64,000 nucleotides of DNA, taken from assembly GCF_021869535.1 (NCBI RefSeq), contig NW_026262701.1, positions 70,184,001 through 70,248,000 of the forward strand. Direction: 5' to 3'. The notes beneath the pieces are model-generated. The model saw only the letters and a list, made by a program, of their open reading frames with translations. It made no database searches and had not been told where the DNA came from. This stretch comes from Mytilus californianus (Eukaryota). Positions 56,703 through 64,000 of the stretch are shown here, piece by piece (position 1 is the stretch's first letter; every line of letters starts with the position of its first letter). The translations under genes and the position numbers were made by a program.

Positions 56703-59700
56703 GAATCCGAGGAGGATGATATTAGTGAAAAATCAATTTCGAAAAATTTAAAAATATGCTCGTGGAATATTTCAAAGGGCCTACTACGTAAATTAGCAGA
56801 CGAAGAATTTGTAAATATGTTGTGTGAATACGATGTTATATGTTTTAATGAGTGTTGGGTCAAATGCCCTAAGGAATTCAATTTAATTGGATATGAAAAG
56901 AAATATTTATAAAGAGAAAAGTGTAAGGGGGGTGGCGTAATAGTGTTCTATAAGAAATGGTTAAAGTCTTATTTAGAAGTTATCGATTGTTGTATTGATT
57001 GTATGATATGGATAAAAATTGATAAAAATATAATGTTCGATAATGAAAATTTCTATATTTGTGCTATATACATACCACCCGATAAAAATGTTTATTATAG
57101 AAAGTATGATATTGACGTTTTCGATGTTTTACAACAACAAATTGAAATTTATTCAAAATTTGGTAACATTTCCGTTATTGGTGATTTAAACGGCCGAGTG
57201 GGTAATGAACCAGACTATCTTTTACAAGACGGGTTAAACAGAGAATTACTGGACAAAGTTGACAATTTAATTGAGTATACTGCGGATGTACCGTTAGTTA
57301 ATAGATTGACTGAAGATTTAAAAACACCGAACTCTTTTGGTAAACGCATATTAAATTTGTGTAAATCTGCTGGCCTTAGGATATGTAATGGACGTTTTGG
57401 TGACTCAAGTAAACAGTATACATTTCAAAATAAAAATGGTTGTAGTGTTATAGATTACATGTTGTTATCTTGTAACCCGAGTCATTTTCAATTGTTAACA
57501 GTTTTATTGTAGGAAATTTTACAACTTTTTCATGTCATGCTCCATTATTTGTAGATATTAAATTAAAAGATTTATGCCAGAAAACTGTATGTACATGTAA
57601 AAAAATAAAGTATAATACGATACGATGGAATGAAGAGTTCAGGAATGAAGTCAGAGAAGATCTAATGCATAATGCACAGAAATTTGAAGAACTGCACAAA
57701 AGTATTACAGAAGATGCTGATGCTATTAATAATGCTGTGAATGAAATGAATGTTATTTTGACAAATATTTTTGAAAAATATACACGTAAAGAAGTAGAAC
57801 GAACAATATGCTGTGATAATTGCACTGGTCGTAAACCGAGTACAAATTCGAACCTTAAGCAAGACAAACCATGGATAACAGATGATTGCAAATTACTTTA
57901 TAAAAACTATAAGCATGCACTTATGCAGTTTAACCGAAATCATTCCGAGGAAAATAGACTAAAACTGAACTTAGATAAACAAAAATACAAAGTTATGGAA
58001 AATAAACTGAAACGAAATTATAAAAACAAACAAGGAAACATGTTTAACGCAATGAGAAAATCGAATCCGAAACGTTTTTACCGAAAATTTAAAAACAGCA
58101 AAAAAACTTTCTCAAGTAACATTTCAATAGAACAGTTTTTTGATCACTTTAAAAATCTGATGTCTAAAGATGACAATGATACCAGTACTGAGGATCAGAT
58201 AGAAGGAGATAACTCATGCATTTTCGAAGAATTAGACAGACCTTTCACCGAAAAGGAACTTGAAGACAATGTAAGAAAATTAAACAAGAATAAATCTCCA
58301 GGAGTGGACAATATTGTGAACGAATATATAATTGAAAGCAAGCCAGTTGTATTACCTTTATTGTGTAAACTTTTTAATGTAATTTTATGTACTGGATTCT
58401 TCCCAGAACTTTGGGTGAAAAGTATAATAGTGCCGTTATTTAAAAAAGGTCCGGTTAATGACCCTGGAAATTACCGAGGTATATCATTAGTGTCTCATAT
58501 AGGAAAACTTTTTACAGCCACTATCAATACGAGACTGTTGAAATGGAGCGAGGAACACAGTATCATCACAGACGCGCAGTTCGGATTCAGACCTGGCCAC
58601 GGAACTCATGATGCAATATTTGCTCTTCATTCCATCATATCAAAATCTTTGAGAAACGGAAAAAGGTTATATTGTTGTTTTATTGATTATAAAAAAGCTT
58701 TTGACAGTGTTGAGCATTTTAAATTATGGATGAAATTAGCTAAATGTGGTATAACCGGAAAATTGTTACATTTAATAAAATCAATGTATTCTAACTTGAA
58801 ATCATGTGTTAAACATGAGGGAAATTTTTCTGAGTTCTTTAACTGTGACATTGGTCTAATGCAAGGGGAATCCTTATCACCTTTTTTATATGCTATGTAT
58901 GTCAATGATATTGAAATAGAATTAATAAAACAGGGTTGTCATTCATATGACATGAAAATGCTCAATCTTTACTTATTGATGTATGCTGACGATACTGTTA
59001 TTTTCAGCGAAAATATAAACGATCTTCAAAAAATGATAGATGTTGTACAAATATGTTCTGAAGGGTATAATTTACATATAAATATGTTAAAAACTAAGAT
59101 TGTTGTATTTAGAAACAGAGGTGTTATCAAACCAGAAGAAAAATGGTTCATTAATGGAGAGAATATTGAGTTATGTGATGAATTTATATATCTGGGTATA
59201 CTGTTAAATTATAATGGTATTTTTACGAATACTCAGAAAATGTTGTCAAATCAAGGTAAAAAAGCTGTTTTTAGTTTATTCAGTAAAATTCAAGAAGACT
59301 TTTTCAATACAGAAACACTACTGTCTTTATTTGATACATATGTTTCAAGCATAGTGAATTATGGTAGCGAAGTTTGGGGATACCATAAAGCAATTGACAT
59401 TGAAACTCTTCACTTATATTTTTTAAAGAGGATTTTGAAAGTAAAAAAGAGTACTACAAATTACATGGTGTATTTTGAACTAGGTAGAGTCCCATTGTAT
59501 GTACATAGATACTATAAAATGATGAAATATTGGTGTAAATTGTTAAAAACTGACAATTGTATTCTGAAAAATTGTTATGCAGAAATGCTGGAGGCTAGCA
59601 ATGTAAAAAGTAAAAATAAATTGAATTGGTCATGTAAAATAAGAGATTTATTATGTAATTTTGGCTTAAGTCATGTCTGGTTGACACAAAATGTTTTAAA

Positions 59701-60169
59701 TGTAGATGTTTTTATAGCTGATTTCAAACAGCGTGTTACTGATAGGTTTATATCTGAAGCAATGTCATTTTTTGAGGAGTCTTCTAAATGTCAGTTTTAC
59801 AAATACATATATGACAGTCATGGTTTGCAGTTTTATCTTAGTAGACCTGTTAATTTCAGATATAAACCATTAATAAGCAAGTACCGTATACATGCACATA
59901 ACTTAAACATTGAAACTGGAAGGTTTTTAAATATAAACAGAAACGAAAGAATATGTAATGTGTGCAACTGTAATTCTGTTGAAGATGAATATCATTTTAT
60001 TTTGGAATGTATTGGATACAAAGATATTCGTATGAAGTATATTAAACTTTATTATTGGAGAAATCCATCAGTATTTAAACTTATACAATTGTTATCTGTT
60101 CGTAATATAAAAGAACTTAATAATTTTGGGAAGTATTTATGTATTGCCGAAAAAATTCGTAATCGTTGA
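56703..60169 (+). pseudogene. LINE ORF2 (APE endonuclease-RT) with one in-frame TAA (56910-56912) and one frameshift (~57495-57500); 57665-60169 still open (834 aa)
   Basis: EN motifs KICSWNI, CFNECW, GGGV, IYIPP, GDLNGR, SVIDY, SCHAPL. RT motifs KSPGVD, NYRGISL, QFGFR, FIDYKKAFDSV, GLMQGESLSP, LMYADD, YLG. Confidence 0.85.
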
Positions 60170-60467
60170 ATGTGTATATCATACTTTAATTAAGATTGTT
60201 AAATTGTGCTACATGTAATTAATGTCATGCTCCTACATTTGTTTTTAATTGTATGAATTGTATATTAATGAATTACCTTATTGTAATATTTGTTGCTTAC
60301 TATAGTTAATGTAATATTTATTGCACTTGATACCTATAAGCTGTATTGCTTTTGGAATAAAGAATATATATATATCATTATTTTTTTATTAGTCAATAGA
60401 AAAAACAAATATAACATAACAAATGCAAAATTTCAAAACAATAATACAAATATCACATAGTTTTTAG

Positions 60468-63199
60468 TTAACAACCACTTTGATCTTCCTTCATAAAATG
60501 TCCAACATCTACATTATAACTTTTTAGTTCGGCAAAAAGTCTATCTACAAGTGCTTGGTCCATTGTTCTCTGCCTTCCCAAAATCCATGCAAATTCAAAA
60601 TGACTGATTCCCAAAATACTAGTACATGAGTATATGAGGGTGTAGTTAGTGTAATCTGTATCAATAACGACATAATTTCCATATGGAGCAGCTGGAAACA
60701 AAACAAAAGAAGATATGTAATTTCCACAAACATAAAAAGGGCGGGAAATAAAAAGATCATCAAAACTATTAAAACTAGACTAAACTAAACTAAACCATAA
60801 CCTAAACCACAGCAAAATCAACCCTTTTGAGAAAAAAATCCCACTGATGCAAATTCAAGGTTGTTCCGAAAATATGATAATAATGTCTTTTAATTGTCTA
60901 GATCGCATAACATTATTATATAAAGCTATAATATCTGAATGCATATTTTATTTTAAATTAAGGATTGATAGGGACTTCAATGTTTATGGGTTCGTTTTCT
61001 TTGTCCAAAGCCAAAAGGTATATAAATACATTATTTAAGCAAAAATGTGAAATATTGAGTTAATACTAGAAAACGAAAGAAGCTGTACTAAAGGCTGAAC
61101 AGATTAGTTACTTACCGCTAGCAAATTTAACTTTCAGACTTGATGGCTTTGTTGAGTCTGGCATATACAGGTCTCCTAATGCTTGTACCATTTTACCGTC
61201 ACTATGAAAATAAATAATTATTAAATAGGAGACTATTATATACCGTATGTGTCGATATGTAAGTGTTATTTCATCCAACACATAATTCTTATATGATTTG
61301 CATATCTACAAATACTTGAATTGGATTGGTCCATTAGAAGTTTTCCCCTTGGTTTACAATTTGATAAACCATGTTGCCGAAACTACTTTCGTAACCTTCA
61401 CTGTTATCTATTCATGCGTTGTACACATGCATGTGATCAGGGGTAGTAAGCAAATTGAGATTGAAAAACAAATTACATAATTTTATTTATGCATAGAAAA
61501 AGAAATAATGCATTCAAGCGTGGAAAATGTATGAAATTTAAATAAAATAAAATTCCGCGAAATATCATGAATGATCTTACCATGTTAATGTCATGGCAAA
61601 ACATGAAGTCATACGAAGGAAAACTCTCAATCTGAAGATTATTCCGTTACTTGTATGCTTCAAATTCGGATAATATCTCTTTAAAAGGACGTTTTTGAGG
61701 TATGTGATATTTCATTTTAAATTCTATTGCATCAATCGTACATTTATGACTTTCAAAAAGTCAATATGGCGGCGAACTCCTCAGTTACGACATGTCTATT
61801 GTACATTTGATGGTAAATAGAAGCCAATGAACAAAAAAATAATAATAAAAAATTGCAAACGTTTGGCTAAGAATTATAAGGATTAAACACATTTCTTCTA
61901 GAGGTAATTGAGGTGTAAACTGGGTCGCTTACTCACAAACTATACGAGTTAATCGCCCAAGTTTACACATCAATAACCTCTAGAAAACATGTGTTTAATC
62001 CTATAATAATAATCACTTAAACAGTATAATATACAAACAATTTGTGTCACTTCGGATAAAAAAGCAGGTTTTTTTTTCTTGTCGCACATTCCGTAAAAAC
62101 TATGTGAACCTGTGCTTTGCCTCGATCCATATCTGTTTAGATGACTGTCCAGTCAAATACCATATGGCCTTCATTGCCATGAATCATTTGTAAAACATGT
62201 CTGCAAGTTTCATATATATGTTACTTTATTTCCTCTTGTTGTGCATGTGTGTAATTGAGTGAATGCAAGAAAAGTACAGAATCTTAAATCTTGAAATTTA
62301 GTTTGAAAAAACAGGGATCACTCCTGTAGAAGAGTGCCTGTGTGACAGATCTGCACTATATATATACGTTGTGTAGCAAGTGTTTTAAATTACCATACTT
62401 ACGAAGTTTTTCCAGAGTTGTTGACTCTAACGTGACCATCGTCTTTCAACTGATAGTTGGCATGGGCACATTTTTGTCCATTTTCAAAATTGGCTTTAAA
62501 TTTGTATATTTCATACCAATCACCAAGATACTGTAAATATTCAAAAAAAAAAAGCCTGTCAAATACGTTTACATTTACATATTAATGATAAATGAATATC
62601 TTTATTTAAATGCCAAGTTCGTTGCAAGGACGGTTCAAATGATCAAATATATGATTTGCACTCCAACATTTATCGAACAGAAATATAGAAAAATCATTTA
62701 AAAATGTGTTAACGTGTCACCGAAGGAGGAGTAAAAATATGCTAAAAAAGGTCATTTGATCTTTGGTGGATAATTGATTCATCGGCATTCATATCACATC
62801 TCCTTATTAATATAAAAAAACTACATTAAGTTACAAAAACGTATCTCGTACTGATTCAAATATTGCATTACATGGAATATATACCTATTACCCCGTCTCG
62901 GTTTAATAAGAAATTTCGAATCGATAATAATAATAATAATAACAATAATAATAAAGAATAACGAAACAATAATGCAGACACATACAAAAATCTTATTAAA
63001 ATCAAAAGAATCATATATAATATAAAGGTTATGGCTAATCTTCTACACTGTCGCAAAAAAACATTTTCTGTAAATAAAAGGAACTTACTTTTTGGAGATC
63101 GAAACTGGCCTGTGGCTTTACTGTTGGACATCCCAGAGCCCCAAACACCTGTGCTTTGGCAACAGAAACTACAGCGGCTACTAATACGATGTACCACAT
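60468..63199 (-). CDS. APOD: Apolipoprotein D-like lipocalin 3, 182 aa (more divergent); exons 63199-63089, 62530-62403, 61201-61116, 60691-60468
   Basis: Signal peptide MWYIVLVAAVVSVAKA; YLGDWYEI; YVVIDTDY; AWILGR; four Cys; phases 0/2/1; AATAAA at 60390-60385. Confidence 0.93.
61873..62007. repeat. Palindromic MITE-like element (~50-bp arms) in APOD-3 intron 2
   Basis: attataaggattaaacacatttcttctagaggtaattgaggtgtaaactggg versus reverse complement of right arm attataggattaaacacatgttttctagaggttattgatgtgtaaacttggg. Confidence 0.8.
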
Positions 63200-63250
63200 T
63201 TTCAGAATACTGGTGTTGATGATTTAAGGCACTAATTGTTAGCAACATGG

Positions 63251-63280
63251 TTTTATAGAAGCGGCTTATCACCTCACGTG
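63251..63280 (-). promoter_or_regulatory. APOD-3 promoter module: CACGTG, GATAAG and TATAAAA
   Basis: Minus strand CACGTGAGGTGATAAGCCGCTTCTATAAAA; the TATA is 52 nt upstream of the ATG. Confidence 0.65.
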
Positions 63281-64000
63281 GACAGAGGCATGGACTGTTA
63301 TATAAGTTTGTTTATGAAATCATTCTTATCAAAAATGGGAGGAACCATTCCATTGTCGCTAACTGTTGAATTTGATTTTTAAATAAACTCAAGTGACCTA
63401 GCAAGTTGAACTCATGGTGTCAAATGTTTCCATCTGTCCTTGATACAGGACATGTGAAGGTAGGTCTGGATGGGGTTTTGCAGAATGTATAATAACAGGC
63501 GAAAACGATAAGGAATAGAGAAAATGGATCAAAAAGATAAAGAATAGAGAGTAATGGGCAAAAAATATAAAGAATAGACAAAAATGGCCTAAAAGTTGAA
63601 AGAATACAGAAATGAAGGACCCGTCATCCCGACCCTCGTATACAGTTCGCACAGAAAGATTACAGTCAATAAGCGATATTTTCGGCAAATCTGAATACAT
63701 AATTCAGGGAGTGATCGAGCGTGATCAAAATACTTTTTGAATTTTGATAAACCACCTACTTGTTCTTTGTCCTGCGATACTTCATCAATTATTTCAGTTT
63801 TGTACAGCTGCAGTTTACTATGTCAATCAAAATAATGCGCTGCTATTTAAACTTTTCTAGTAAAGATTCGAATTAATTTGTTGTCTAACGAAATATCTGA
63901 TTTATTAATTTATAAGTGATTCCTTGAAATATAAAACGCCACTCGAGTCATACAAGGCCATAATAGCGAATGAGTTGGGAAGAATATTATACTTTACGTA

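Larger units (their letters stand above)
55360..60375 (+). mobile_element. Nearly full-length non-LTR retrotransposon (LINE), probably RTE-X clade
   Basis: ORF1, then APE endonuclease, RT, and a C-terminal IETGR..R.C..C....EDEYHF..EC motif; 3' UTR with AATAAA (60356) and a (TA)n tail. The 5' boundary is approximate and no TSD was identified. Confidence 0.88.

Noticed and set aside
57535-57891. Antisense ORFs over the LINE and other short track ORFs
   Set aside because: Shadows of coding sequence or chance ORFs in AT-rich or repeat DNA.

Overview
AT-rich eukaryotic (spliceosomal GT-AG introns) genomic DNA. The repeat content looks like a bivalve mollusc, probably Mytilus; this is inferred from recognisable repeat families, not from a database search. 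I reconstructed six intact multi-exon genes by hand from splice sites and frame continuity. One is a 3-exon class A (rhodopsin-like) GPCR on + (320 aa). Two are tandem 4-exon peroxisomal enoyl-CoA delta-isomerase/crotonase genes on - (228 aa each, both ending -SKL). Three are tandem 4-exon apolipoprotein D-like lipocalins on - (182 aa each). There is also a fibronectin type III-like terminal exon of an unresolved gene and a decayed duplicate of GPCR exon 1. Mobile DNA dominates the rest: an internally deleted Academ(X)-like DNA transposon, two long and many short Penelope-like (PLE) retroelement relics, a nearly full-length RTE-X-like LINE, LINE/SINE 3' fragments, a HINE/Helentron-like element, MITEs, palindromes and minisatellites. 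The most unusual signals are three. (1) Six minimal type I hammerhead-ribozyme motifs of two families; two of them bracket a PLE copy in direct orientation and one lies sense in an ECI intron. (2) The LINE ORF2 follows the ORF1 TAG in the same frame with no AUG before the endonuclease, a candidate for readthrough or AUG-independent translation. (3) An ACGTG-GATA-TATA promoter module is conserved across all three lipocalins. There is an assembly gap at 15381-15614. No CRISPR, rRNA or tRNA genes were seen.
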